From the NCBI GenBank assembly GCA_027483795.1, contig JAIXTT010000093.1, positions 4,238 to 68,237 on the forward strand: 64,000 nucleotides of DNA, read 5' to 3'. Below are positions 10,891-19,946 of this stretch, one piece after another; the stretch's first letter is position 1, and each line of letters starts with the position of its first letter. Under the pieces are notes generated by a model. It saw only the letters and a program-made list of their open reading frames with translations. It was not told the origin of the DNA and searched no databases. Position numbers and translations under genes: made by a program. Source of the stretch: Hyphomicrobiales bacterium. Lineage in GTDB: Bacteria > Pseudomonadota > Alphaproteobacteria > Rhizobiales > Beijerinckiaceae.

Positions 10891-12756
10891 GGACGCCTCG
10901 TATTCGGCCGAGAGCATCAGCCATTCCTCCTCCGCCGCCATGAGCGCGCGTTCGACTTCGGCGCGCTGCGCGGAGAGTCGGGACGCCTTTTCGGGATCCT
11001 TGAGGAACACGTCCGGCACGCCGAGCGCGTCGTCGACCCTCTGCAACAGATCCTGGAATTTCGCCATCTTCTGTTCGATCGCCTCGATGCGCTTGCGCAA
11101 CGGCGCGAGTTCGACGCGGCGCTCCGCGGCTTCCCGCCGCCTTTCGGATTGGGAATTCTCCGAAACGACGTTCTTCGTATCGTGTTTGTCTTCAGGACCT
11201 TCGAGCACGATCTTGCGATAGTCGTCGAGATCGCCGTCGAAGGGCTTCACCGATCCCCCGCCGACGATCCACAGCCGATCCGCGCAGGCCTCCAACAGGA
11301 ACCGATCATGCGAGATCAGGATGATCGCGCCCTGATATTCGTTGATCGCCTCCATGAGCGCGGCGCGCGAGTCGATGTCGAGATGGTTGGTCGGCTCGTC
11401 GAGGATCAGCAGATGCGGCCCGTCGAAGGTCGCGAGACCCATCAGCAACCGCGCCTTCTCCCCGCCCGACAGGCTGGAGACGGGCGTATCCGCCTTGGGA
11501 CCCGAAAAACCGAGACGCGCGCATCGCGAACGGATCTTCGCCTCCGTGCCGTCCGGCATGCGCTCGGCGACATGCAGGAAAGGCGTCGCCTTCGGGTTCA
11601 ACTCGTCGAGCTGGTGCTGGGCGAAATAGCCGACGGTGAGCTTTGTCGAGCGGCGAACGCTGCCCGCAAGCGCTTCGAGCCGACCGCCCACGAGCTTGGC
11701 GAAGGTGGATTTGCCGTTGCCGTTCGATCCCAGAAGTCCGATCCGATCGTCGTCCGCGATCACGAGATCGAGCCGCGCGAGAACCGGCGTGCCGTCATAG
11801 CCGACGCTCGCGGCTTCCATGGCGACGATGGGCGGCGAGAGCGGGCGTTCCGGGGAGGGAAAATCGAAGGGCACGACGTCGCTGTCGACGATCGCGGCGA
11901 CGGGCTCCAGCTTCTCCAGCCGCTTCATGCGCGATTGCGCCTGCCGCGCCTTGGACGCCTTGGCCTTGAAGCGGTCCACGAAGGCCTGCAGATGCCGGCG
12001 CTCGTCCTCCTGTTTCTTCTTGAGCTTGAGCTGGAGCGCCTGGTTCTCGCGTCGCTGCCGTTCGAACCGGTCGTAGCCGCCGCGATAAAGCGCGAGCTTC
12101 CCCTGATCGAGATGCAGGATGTGGTCGACCGAGCGGTTCAGGAGGTCGCGGTCATGGCTGATCACGAGCACCGTATGCGGGTACCGCGCCAGATATTCCA
12201 TCAGCCACAGCGTGCCTTCGAGATCGAGATAGTTCGTCGGCTCGTCGAGAAGCAGCAGGTCCGGTTCCGCGAAAAGGACGGCCGCGAGCGCCACGCGCAT
12301 CCGCCATCCGCCCGAGAAGGAGGAACAAGGCCGCGCCTGCGCTTCCGCGTCGAAACCGAGGCCGTGCAGGATCCCGGCGGCCCGCGCGGGCGCGGCATGC
12401 GCGCCGATGTCCGCGAGCCTCGTCTGGACCTCCGCGATTCGGAGCGGGTCCGTCGCCGTCTCGGCTTCGGCGAGCAGCGCCGCGCGTTCGGTGTCGGCCG
12501 CCAGAACGATCTCGACGAGCGTCTCCGGTCCGCCGGGCGCTTCCTGTGCCACCGAGCCGACCCGCAATCCCCGCCCCACCGTCACGCTTCCGCCTTCCGG
12601 CGAAAGCTCGTTCCGGATGATGCGGAAGAGCGTGGTCTTGCCCGTTCCGTTCCGCGCCACGAAACCCACCCGCGCGCCGCCGGGGATCGCGACCGTGGCC
12701 TGATCGAAGAGCAGGCGCGGCCCGAGGCGATAGGTGAGATCGTTGACGTGCAGCAT
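10882..12756 (-). CDS. ABC-F family ATPase (two ABC domains, no membrane domain)
   Basis: The internal ATG at 12756 gives MLHVNDLTYRLGP. There are two Walker A sites (ARNGTGKTT, GSNGNGKST), two LSGG signatures (FSGGWRMR, LSGGEKAR) and a C-terminal coiled-coil tail. Confidence 0.9.
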   Translation of the reverse strand: MLHVNDLTYRLGPRLLFDQATVAIPGGARVGFVARNGTGKTTLFRIIRNELSPEGGSVTVGRGLRVGSVAQEAPGGPETLVEIVLAADTERAALLAEAETATDPLRIAEVQTRLADIGAHAAPARAAGILHGLGFDAEAQARPCSSFSGGWRMRVALAAVLFAEPDLLLLDEPTNYLDLEGTLWLMEYLARYPHTVLVISHDRDLLNRSVDHILHLDQGKLALYRGGYDRFERQRRENQALQLKLKKKQEDERRHLQAFVDRFKAKASKARQAQSRMKRLEKLEPVAAIVDSDVVPFDFPSPERPLSPPIVAMEAASVGYDGTPVLARLDLVIADDDRIGLLGSNGNGKSTFAKLVGGRLEALAGSVRRSTKLTVGYFAQHQLDELNPKATPFLHVAERMPDGTEAKIRSRCARLGFSGPKADTPVSSLSGGEKARLLMGLATFDGPHLLILDEPTNHLDIDSRAALMEAINEYQGAIILISHDRFLLEACADRLWIVGGGSVKPFDGDLDDYRKIVLEGPEDKHDTKNVVSENSQSERRREAAERRVELAPLRKRIEAIEQKMAKFQDLLQRVDDALGVPDVFLKDPEKASRLSAQRAEVERALMAAEEEWLMLSAEYEASSA

Positions 12757-12956
12757 CGCGAGCGCTTTTCGCCCAAAGGCGGGGAGGGGGCAAGGGTCCC
12801 CGTGTCGGCCGCCCGCATCGTGATGCCCGCGCGTTCGGACGGCCACGTCTCTCCCGCGCGCATACCGATTGAAAAGCACTCCCTCGTCCTGCGCACGTCG
12901 CCGGACTTGATCGACGGGGGCCGAGCGCGTAGACCGAAAGGGCTCGGTTCCGGGAC

Positions 12957-13030
12957 CGGGGCATGGCGCAGTCTGGTAGCGCATCTGCTTTGGGAGCAGA
13001 GGGTCGCAGGTTCAAATCCTGCTGCCCCGA
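12957..13030 (+). tRNA. tRNA-Pro (anticodon TGG)
   Basis: Manual cloverleaf: acceptor CGGGGCA/TGCCCCG, D-arm GCGC-AGTCTGGTA-GCGC, anticodon arm TCTGC-TTTGGGA-GCAGA, T-arm GCAGG-TTCAAAT-CCTGC. Confidence 0.9.
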
Positions 13031-13076
13031 CCGGCTCGGGACCGGAAGCGATTACGTTTCGTTCGGAAACACGACC

Positions 13077-13385
13077 ATGACGCTCGCTCGGATCCACCGC
13101 CCCGCCAAGACGGCCATGCAGTCCGGCCAGGCCAAGTCGCAACGCTGGCTTCTCGAATTCGTGTCCGACGATCCGCGCGGGATCGACCCCCTGATGGGCT
13201 GGACGAGTTCGAGCGACACGCGCCGCCAGATCAAGCTCTGGTTCGACACCAAGGAGGAAGCCGTCGCCTACGCGACCAAGAACGGCATCGCCCATCAGGT
13301 CGAAGAGCCGAAGGACGCGAAGCGCCGGACCATGTCCTATTCGGACAATTTCAAGTTCAACCGCATCGGCCAGTGGACGCATTGA
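13077..13385 (+). CDS. ETC complex I subunit family protein (NDUFS4-like)
   Basis: MTLARIHRPAKTAMQSGQAKSQRWLLEF...DPLMGWTSSSDT...FDTKEEAVAYA resembles the NDUFS4 / ETC_C1_NDUFA4 conserved region. The upstream part of ORF 12963..13385 overlaps tRNA-Pro and is rejected. Confidence 0.8.
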   Translation: MTLARIHRPAKTAMQSGQAKSQRWLLEFVSDDPRGIDPLMGWTSSSDTRRQIKLWFDTKEEAVAYATKNGIAHQVEEPKDAKRRTMSYSDNFKFNRIGQWTH

Positions 13386-13418
13386 CGCGTCCTCGCCGTC
13401 TGCAATCCGTCGGTTCAC

Positions 13419-13495
13419 GGCCGCGTAGCTCAGCTGGATAGAGCAAGTGCCTTCTAAGCACTAGGTCGCTGGTTCGAGCCCAGCCGCGGTCGCCA
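13419..13495 (+). tRNA. tRNA-Arg (anticodon TCT)
   Basis: Manual cloverleaf: acceptor GGCCGCG/CGCGGTC, D-arm GCTC-AGCTGGATA-GAGC, anticodon arm AGTGC-CTTCTAA-GCACT, T-arm GCTGG-TTCGAGC-CCAGC, encoded CCA. Confidence 0.92.
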
Positions 13496-13530
13496 AACCC
13501 GGTCCTCGCCTCGAGAGACGAAACTCCCCT

Positions 13531-13700
13531 TCCGTCATTGATTTTACCCCCGCCCGTCATGCCTGCGGAGGCGGGGGATGGTGCCGTCGCGGCTTGCACG
13601 CTTATCGCTCCCATGCCGTCATGCCCGCGAAGGCGGGCATCCACGTCTTTCTTCCGAGCATTGCGCGCGTAGACATGGATCCCGGCTTCCGTCCTCGCCG
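13531..13700. repeat. intergenic palindromic repeat family: one degenerate and one good unit
   Basis: GTCATGCCTGCGGAGGCGGGGGAT at 13556 is a degenerate unit. GTCATGCCCGCGAAGGCGGGCATCCACGTCT...AGACATGGATCCCGGC from 13618 is a good unit. The same unit occurs at 23244, 54942 and 58754. Confidence 0.6.
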
Positions 13701-13810
13701 CAACCGGTGCGATGTCGAAGGGGCCGACGCCGATCGGCGGTACATGGGGCCATCAAATCGTCATGACGAAGACGGATGATCGTCCGCTCATCGCCTATCG
13801 GGGTTCGCTC

Positions 13811-13993
13811 ATGTCCTTCCTGACATTTCCGATCGTCCACCTCCTCCCGCTCTGGTTCGGCGCCGCGCTTGCGGAGGAGTCGTTCGACCTCGAACCGAAG
13901 GTCGAGCCCGAGGTTGCCGAGGACGAGCGGCGCGAGGTGTTGTTCGCGAATGTCTGGGCCGTTCCGCCGACGACCTTCATCGCACCCCGCTGA
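13811..13993 (+). CDS. hypothetical small membrane/exported protein
   Basis: MSFLTFPIVHLLPLWFGAALAEESFDLEPKVEPEVAEDE has a hydrophobic N-terminus followed by an acidic tail. Third-codon positions are strongly GC-rich as in neighbouring genes. No family is recognised. Earlier in-frame starts (13712, 13763) are possible. Confidence 0.35.
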   Translation: MSFLTFPIVHLLPLWFGAALAEESFDLEPKVEPEVAEDERREVLFANVWAVPPTTFIAPR

Positions 13994-14100
13994 TCGAAAC
14001 GGAACCTTCGGGGGATTGCGGAAAGGCGCGTTTCGGCCGATAAGCGCGCCGCCGCGAAGACCGTCGCGGCCAAGCGCTTCGCACAGGTTTTCGGCCCGGC

Positions 14101-15786
14101 ATGAGCCCCATCGCGCTTCTTTCGCGCATTCTGGAATATGCCGAAGGCGGGCATAAGCGCGCCTGCGCGCTCCTCCTCCTGCTCGGTCTGGCCCTGTACC
14201 TTCCCGGCCAGACCACGCTTCAGCCCATGGACCGCGACGAGCCGCGTTTCGCGCAGGCGACGAAGCAGATGCTGGAGACGGGCGATTTCATCGACATCCG
14301 CTTCCAGGAGGAAGCCCGGCACAAGAAGCCCGTCGGCATTTATTGGCTGCAGAGCGTCGCCGTTTCCGCGGGCGAAGCCTTGGGCGTGGACGACGCGCGC
14401 CGCAACGTCGCGCTTTATCGCATCCCCTCTTTGGCGGGCGCGCTCGCGACCATGCTCCTGACCTATGCAGCGGCCTGCGCCTTCGTGAGCCGCCGCGGCG
14501 CGTTCATGGCCGCCGTGCTGATGGGCTCGACCATCCTTTTGGGAGTCGAGGCGCGGCTCGCGAAGACCGACGCCGTTCTGGCCGCCACCGTCGTCGGCTC
14601 CATGGCCGCGCTCGCGCGGGCTTGGTTTCGGCGCGACGGCGATCCCCCGCTTCCGACGGTCTGGCGCATCGCCTTCTGGGTCGCTCTCGGTTTCGGCATT
14701 CTCGTGAAGGGGCCCATCGCGCCCGCGATCGTCGGCCTCGCCGCGCTCTGGCTGTCGATCGCGCGGCGTTCCGGCCGTTGGCTTCAGGCCTTGGGCCCCG
14801 GTCTCGGCGCGGTCATCGTCGCCCTCATCGTGCTGCCGTGGTTCGCCGCCATCGCGATCAAGAGCGGCGCGGCCTTTTTCGAAGCCTCGCTCGGCGACGA
14901 CATGCTGGCCAAGGTCGGGCAATCGAAGGAGCGCCACGGAGCGCCTCCGGGCACCTATCTGGGCGTCTTTTTCGGCACGGCCTGGCCTCTCGTTCCCTTC
15001 TTCCTGCTGTCGCTGCCCTTCGTCTGGACGAAGCGGCGTGACCCGGCCGTGCTCTTCTGCATCGCTTGGGTCGTTCCGATGTGGCTGATCTTCGAGGCCG
15101 TGCGCACCAAGCTGCCTCATTACGTCATGCCGCTCTATCCCGCGCTCGCGATCCTCGCGGCGCTGGCGGTCGAGCGCGGCGCCGCGATCCATCGCGGTCG
15201 CGCCGCGGGCATCCTCGTCTGGTGGCTCGCGCTGCCGCCCGTGATCCTCGCCGGCGCCGCCTTTTTCGGCGCGCTTCATCTCGGCGACGCCCCGCCCTGG
15301 ATCGGCGTTCCCGTTCTCCTCCTCGCTCTGCCCGCCGGGGTCATGGCGGCGCGTCTTCTGCGGCAAGGTCAGGCGGAACAGGCGGCGCTCGCATCCGCCT
15401 GCGCGTCGATCGTCATCGCCTTCGGTGCCTATCTCTTCACAGCGCCCGCGCTGCGCTCTCTGCATGTCAGCGAGCGTCTGGCCGAGGCGGCACGGTCGGT
15501 CGGCTGTCCCGATCCGGTTCTCGCGAGCGCGGGCTATTCCGAGCCGAGCCTCGTCCTTCTCACGCAGACCGACATCGAGATGACGGACGGGCGCGGCGCG
15601 GCGGAGATCCTCGCGGGTTCGGGCTGCCGGATCGTCTTCGTCGAACGTCGGCACGTCGAAGCCTTCGAACGCGCCGTATCGGCCGCCGGCCTGACCCCGC
15701 GTCTCGTCACCCGCATCACGGGTTTCAACATCAACGGCGGGCGTCGGCTCGACATCGCCGTCCTGTCCCGTGAGGGCGCAAGATGA
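14101..15786 (+). CDS. ArnT-like family 39 (GT-C) glycosyltransferase
   Basis: 561 aa and polytopic. The N-terminal PMDRDEPRFAQATKQMLETGDF...HKKPVGIYWLQ matches the ArnT/PMT-type aspartate-containing first periplasmic loop. Confidence 0.85.
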   Translation: MSPIALLSRILEYAEGGHKRACALLLLLGLALYLPGQTTLQPMDRDEPRFAQATKQMLETGDFIDIRFQEEARHKKPVGIYWLQSVAVSAGEALGVDDARRNVALYRIPSLAGALATMLLTYAAACAFVSRRGAFMAAVLMGSTILLGVEARLAKTDAVLAATVVGSMAALARAWFRRDGDPPLPTVWRIAFWVALGFGILVKGPIAPAIVGLAALWLSIARRSGRWLQALGPGLGAVIVALIVLPWFAAIAIKSGAAFFEASLGDDMLAKVGQSKERHGAPPGTYLGVFFGTAWPLVPFFLLSLPFVWTKRRDPAVLFCIAWVVPMWLIFEAVRTKLPHYVMPLYPALAILAALAVERGAAIHRGRAAGILVWWLALPPVILAGAAFFGALHLGDAPPWIGVPVLLLALPAGVMAARLLRQGQAEQAALASACASIVIAFGAYLFTAPALRSLHVSERLAEAARSVGCPDPVLASAGYSEPSLVLLTQTDIEMTDGRGAAEILAGSGCRIVFVERRHVEAFERAVSAAGLTPRLVTRITGFNINGGRRLDIAVLSREGAR

Positions 15787-16514
15787 ATTCCGCCATGCCC
15801 CGCATCGCCGTCGTCGTTCCGGTCCGCAACGAAGCGGGCAATGTCGCGCCTCTCGTGGCGGAGATCGAGGCGGCCTGCGTCCCGCTCGCGCCCTTCGAGA
15901 TCATCTATGTCGACGACGGCTCGACCGACGGCACGGCCGAGCGGCTTTCCGAACTCGCCGCGACCCGGCCGCACCTGCGGCGGCTGAGCCACGCCGCGTC
16001 CTGCGGCCAGAGCGCCGCGGTGCGCACGGGCGTGCGTGCGGCAAGCGCGCCGATCGTCGTGACGCTCGACGGCGACGGCCAGAACGATCCCGCCTATATC
16101 CCCCGCCTCGTCGAGGCGCTCGATCGCGATCCCGATGCGGGTCTCGCGCAGGGTCGGCGCGTCGGCCGCAAGGATACGGGCTTCAAGCGCTTCCAATCGC
16201 GCGTCGCCAACGCCGTCCGCGGCGCCGTGCTGAAGGACGGCACGCGCGACACGGGTTGCGGCCTGAAGGCCTTCCGGCGCGACGTCTATCTCGCGCTGCC
16301 GTATTTCGACGCACTGCATCGCTTCATGCCCGCGCTCGTCCGACGCGAGGGTCACGGCATCGTCCATGTCGACGTCGTCGATCGTCCTCGGCTGACGGGC
16401 GTCTCGAATTACGGGTTCTTCGACCGTCTCTGGGTCGGTCTTCAGGATCTCGTCGGCGTCGCCTGGCTCATCCGCCGCAGGCGTCGGGTGCCGCAGGTCA
16501 GGGAGGTCCGCTGA
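15783..16514 (+). CDS. family 2 glycosyltransferase (polyprenyl-phosphate sugar synthase, ArnC/DPM1-like)
   Basis: IAVVVPVRNEAGNV...IIYVDDGSTDGT...TLDGDGQNDP are GT2 DXD-type motifs. It overlaps the GT39 stop by 4 nt. Confidence 0.88.
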   Translation: MNSAMPRIAVVVPVRNEAGNVAPLVAEIEAACVPLAPFEIIYVDDGSTDGTAERLSELAATRPHLRRLSHAASCGQSAAVRTGVRAASAPIVVTLDGDGQNDPAYIPRLVEALDRDPDAGLAQGRRVGRKDTGFKRFQSRVANAVRGAVLKDGTRDTGCGLKAFRRDVYLALPYFDALHRFMPALVRREGHGIVHVDVVDRPRLTGVSNYGFFDRLWVGLQDLVGVAWLIRRRRRVPQVREVR

Positions 16515-16867
16515 TGCTCGTCGATCTGTCCCACGCCGTGGGCGGCTATCTCTACGCGGTCTTCACCGAGAACATCGATTTCTGGGTGGTGGTCGGCTTC
16601 ATCGGTCAGGCCATGTTCACCGCGCGCTTCGTCGTGCAGTGGCTCGCCAGCGAAAAGGCCGAGCGCAGCGTCATTCCGCTGGCCTTCTGGTTCTTCTCGA
16701 TCGGCGGGGCGCTGCTACTTCTCGTCTATGCCGTCTATCGTCGCGATCCGGTCTTCATCGTCGGGCAGTCGCTCGGCATCTTCATCTATATCCGAAACCT
16801 GATGCTCATCGCGAAGGAACGCCGCGCGCGCGCCGCCCGTTCGGGCGAGCAGGGAAGCGGAGCCTGA
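16514..16867 (+). CDS. lipid-A-disaccharide synthase N-terminal (LAB_N) domain membrane protein
   Basis: ATG 16514 shares 1 nt with the GT2 stop (TGATG). FWVVVGFIGQAMFTARFVVQWLASEKAERSVIPLAFWFFSIGGALLLLVYAVYRRDPVFIVGQ is the typical LAB_N repeat. Confidence 0.75.
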   Translation: MLVDLSHAVGGYLYAVFTENIDFWVVVGFIGQAMFTARFVVQWLASEKAERSVIPLAFWFFSIGGALLLLVYAVYRRDPVFIVGQSLGIFIYIRNLMLIAKERRARAARSGEQGSGA

Positions 16868-16872
16868 GGCCG

Positions 16873-17481
16873 ATGGCCTCCGCACCCCGCCCGTCCTTCG
16901 CGGACGATCTCGACGGCACGTTGGAAGAGGCTTTCCGGCTGCTGGCGCGAGGCAAGGCCGACCGGCGTTCCCCGTTCCATACGCCCTGCATCGCGACCCT
17001 CGGGCCCGACGGACGCCCGCGACTGCGGACGATGGTCCTGCGCGCCGTCGATCCTTCGCGCCGAACGCTCCGCTTCCATACCGACGCCCGATCCGACAAG
17101 GCCGCCGAGCTTTCGGCGGACGATCGCGCGGCCGTCCATTTCTACGACCCCGGCGCGAAGATCCAGATCCGTCTTGAAGGCCGCGCGATCCTGCACGGTC
17201 ACGATGCGCTCGCCGACGAAGCCTGGGCGCAATCCCGCCCGATGAGCCGGGCCTGCTACGGCGTCATGCCGGGACCGGGCGAACGCCTCGATGCGGCGGG
17301 CGGTTTCTCGTTGCCTGCCGACGAAGCGGCCTCCGCGGCGGGTCGCGAGCACTTCCGGGTCGTTCTCTTCGTCTTCGAGCGGCTCGAATGGTTGTGGCTC
17401 GAACATGCGGGTCATCGCAGAGCGCTTTTCCTCTGGGAAGACGGGCTTCCGCGACCTGAATCGCGCTGGCTCGTCCCCTGA
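16873..17481 (+). CDS. pyridoxamine 5'-phosphate oxidase family (FMN-binding split barrel) protein
   Basis: The internal ATG at 16873 gives MASAPRPSF...RRSPFHTPCIATLGPDGRPRLRTMVLR...VHFYDPGAKIQIRLEG, a PNPOx-like fold signature. Confidence 0.72.
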   Translation: MASAPRPSFADDLDGTLEEAFRLLARGKADRRSPFHTPCIATLGPDGRPRLRTMVLRAVDPSRRTLRFHTDARSDKAAELSADDRAAVHFYDPGAKIQIRLEGRAILHGHDALADEAWAQSRPMSRACYGVMPGPGERLDAAGGFSLPADEAASAAGREHFRVVLFVFERLEWLWLEHAGHRRALFLWEDGLPRPESRWLVP

Positions 17482-17491
17482 ACGGCGACGC

Positions 17492-18679
17492 TCAGCGCGA
17501 CGCCGCGCGCAGACGCGCGAAGCCTTCGTCGAGGTCCGCCTTGAGATCCTCCGTATCCTCGAGCCCGATCTGGAACCGAAGCGCCGGACCGCCGGGATTC
17601 CAACGCGTCGCGGAGCGATAGGCCGAAGGATCGAAAGAGATCACGAGGCTTTCGAAACCGCCCCAGGAATAGCCCATCCCGAACAGCCGCAGGCCGTCGA
17701 GCATCGCCGCGACGGCGTGCTTCGGGACCGGGTTCAGGATCACCGAGAACAGGCCCGACGATCCCTTGAAGTCCCGCTTCCAGATTTCGTGCCCCGGGCA
17801 TGAGGGCAGGGCGGGATGCAGCACCGTCTTCACCTCGGGGCGCGCCGCGAGCCAATGCGCCATGTCGAGAGCCTGCCGCTCGGCCTCCTTGAGCCGCAGG
17901 AGCATCGTCCGCAGGCCGCGCAGCGCCAGAAAACAGTCTTCCGGACCGGGGCAGGGCGCCGTCGCCTCGAAGGCCGCGGCCAGTTTCGGCCAAGCCCTCT
18001 CATTGGCCGAGACGAGGCCGAGCAGAATGTCGGAATGTCCGCCGAGATACTTCGTGCCCGCCTCGATCGCGAGATCGACCCCGCGTTCATGCGGCGGAAA
18101 GAAGAACGGCGTCGCCCAGGTGTTGTCCATCACCACGAGCGCGCCGACCTTGTGCGCAGCCTCCGCGATGGCGGGAACGTCCTGCACTTCGAGCGACTGG
18201 GATCCGGGCGCTTCGACGAGCACGGCGGCCGTATTCTGCCGCAACAAAGCCGAGATGCCGCCGCCGATCATCGGGTCGTAATACTCCGTCTCGACGCCGA
18301 ACCCCTTCAGCAATCCGTCGCAGAGTTTCCGGGTCGGCCGATAGGCGTTGTCCGTCACCAGCAGATGATCGCCCGCCTTGAGGCAGGACATGAGCGCGAT
18401 CGTCACCGCCGCGAGGCCCGAGGGCAGAAGCACGGTTCCGGCCGCACCCGCGATGTCCGTCCACGCTTTGGCCAGGGCCTCGGTGGTGGGCGTCCCTTTG
18501 GTGCCGTAGATGAACCGCCCGTCATAGGACGTCTGCTCCGCCATGGTCTTGAAGAGGACCGTCGAGCCTCGATAGACGGGCGTATTGACGAAACCGAATT
18601 GTTCTTCGGGGACGCGCCCCGAATGAACGAGGCGGGTGCGGTCGCGCCAAGCGGACCGCCGGGAATCGTCTGCCGTCAT
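17492..18679 (-). CDS. metC: cystathionine beta-lyase
   Basis: The internal ATG at 18679 gives MTADDSRRSAWRDRTRLVHSGR...NTPVYRGSTVLF...AGTKYLGGHSDILLG (PLP lysine region). This is the Cys/Met-metabolism PLP enzyme family. Confidence 0.86.
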   Translation of the reverse strand: MTADDSRRSAWRDRTRLVHSGRVPEEQFGFVNTPVYRGSTVLFKTMAEQTSYDGRFIYGTKGTPTTEALAKAWTDIAGAAGTVLLPSGLAAVTIALMSCLKAGDHLLVTDNAYRPTRKLCDGLLKGFGVETEYYDPMIGGGISALLRQNTAAVLVEAPGSQSLEVQDVPAIAEAAHKVGALVVMDNTWATPFFFPPHERGVDLAIEAGTKYLGGHSDILLGLVSANERAWPKLAAAFEATAPCPGPEDCFLALRGLRTMLLRLKEAERQALDMAHWLAARPEVKTVLHPALPSCPGHEIWKRDFKGSSGLFSVILNPVPKHAVAAMLDGLRLFGMGYSWGGFESLVISFDPSAYRSATRWNPGGPALRFQIGLEDTEDLKADLDEGFARLRAASR

Positions 18680-18916
18680 GATGTCCTGTCCGCCTACGAA
18701 GCCGGGGTCGAAAGTGGAAACAAGCGACGGCGGCGCGTCAAGCGCGCGTGCGACGAAAAGCGTCGCGTGACGCTTTCCGACAAGCCGCGTCGAGTTCACG
18801 GTCAAGCCTTGACCAATACGCGAAAGTCCCATGTGATGCACGCATAAGGTCCGTCTCCGGTCGGCCGCGTGCATCCCGCCCGCGGTCAGGAGCGGTGCTC
18901 ATTGGGAGAAGCTCGG

Positions 18917-19933
18917 ATGAAAAAACTCCTCGTCACGGCCGCGCTCGCCGCGGCCACGGCCTTCGCGGCTTCGGCAGCCTCGGCGCAGACCCTGAATGCG
19001 GTGAAGCAGAAGGGCCAGCTGGCCTGCGGTTCCAACACCGGTCTCGCGGGCTTCGGTCAGCCCGACGCGCAGGGCAATTGGACGGGCTTCGACGTCGAGT
19101 ATTGCCGTGCGGTCGCCGCCGCGATCTTCAACGACCCGACCAAGGTGAAGTTCGTCCCGCTCTCGGCGAAGGACCGCTTCACGGCGCTGCAGTCCGGTGA
19201 AATCGACCTGCTCGTGCGCAACACGACCTGGACGCTCTCGCGCGACACGTCGCTCGGCCTCGAATTCGGTCCCGTCAGCTTCTATGACGGCCAGGGCTTC
19301 ATGGTCCGCAAGAGCCTGAAGGTCGCCTCCGCGAAGGAACTGTCCGGCGCCTCGGTCTGCGTTCAGCAGGGCACGACCACGGAACTCAACCTCGCCGACT
19401 TCTTCCGCGCCAACAAGCTGCAGCTGAAGTCCGTGACGTTCGCGACCTCCGACGAGACCATCAAGGCCTATGACGCCGGCCGCTGCGACGCGTTCACGAC
19501 GGACGCTTCGGGTCTCTATGCCGAGCGCCTGCGTCTTGCGAATGCCAACGATCACATCGTTCTTCCCGAGATCATCTCGAAGGAGCCGCTCGGTCCGTCC
19601 GTCCGTCACGGCGACAACCAGTGGTGGGATATCGTGAAGTGGACGCATTACGCTCTGATCACGGCCGAAGAACTCGGCGTGACCAAGGCGAACGTCGACG
19701 AGATGCTGAAGTCGGAAAACCCGGACGTGAAGCGTCTGCTCGGCACGGAAGGCAAGTTCGGCGAGGCCATGGGCCTCACCAACGACTGGGCCTACCGGGT
19801 CGTCAAGCACATGGGCAATTACGGCGAAATGTTCGAGCGCACCGTCGGTCAGGGCTCGCAGCTGAAGATCTCCCGCGGCCTCAACGACCTCTGGTCGAAG
19901 GGCGGCCTCCAGTACGCCCCGCCGATCCGCTGA
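18917..19933 (+). CDS. aapJ: general L-amino acid ABC transporter substrate-binding protein
   Basis: ATG 18917 lies after GGGAGA. Signal peptide MKKLLVTAALAAATAFAASAASA. GFDVEYCRAVAAAIF and LVRNTTWTLSRD are AapJ/BztA-type blocks. aapQMP follow. Confidence 0.9.
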   Translation: MKKLLVTAALAAATAFAASAASAQTLNAVKQKGQLACGSNTGLAGFGQPDAQGNWTGFDVEYCRAVAAAIFNDPTKVKFVPLSAKDRFTALQSGEIDLLVRNTTWTLSRDTSLGLEFGPVSFYDGQGFMVRKSLKVASAKELSGASVCVQQGTTTELNLADFFRANKLQLKSVTFATSDETIKAYDAGRCDAFTTDASGLYAERLRLANANDHIVLPEIISKEPLGPSVRHGDNQWWDIVKWTHYALITAEELGVTKANVDEMLKSENPDVKRLLGTEGKFGEAMGLTNDWAYRVVKHMGNYGEMFERTVGQGSQLKISRGLNDLWSKGGLQYAPPIR

Positions 19934-19946
19934 TCCTTCCCGTTTC

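Noticed and set aside
12822-12850. A possible fifth, degenerate copy of the repeat (GATGCCCGCGCGTTCGGACGGCCACGTCT) upstream of the ABC-F gene.
   Set aside because: The similarity is limited to short GC-rich stretches and neither hairpin can form. That is not enough to call.
13419-14100. A possible genomic island integrated at tRNA-Arg, given a tRNA followed by odd repeat-rich DNA.
   Set aside because: There is no integrase, no direct repeat of the tRNA 3' end, and no accessory cargo. The next genes are ordinary envelope genes with the same composition. The odd DNA is explained by the palindromic repeat family.
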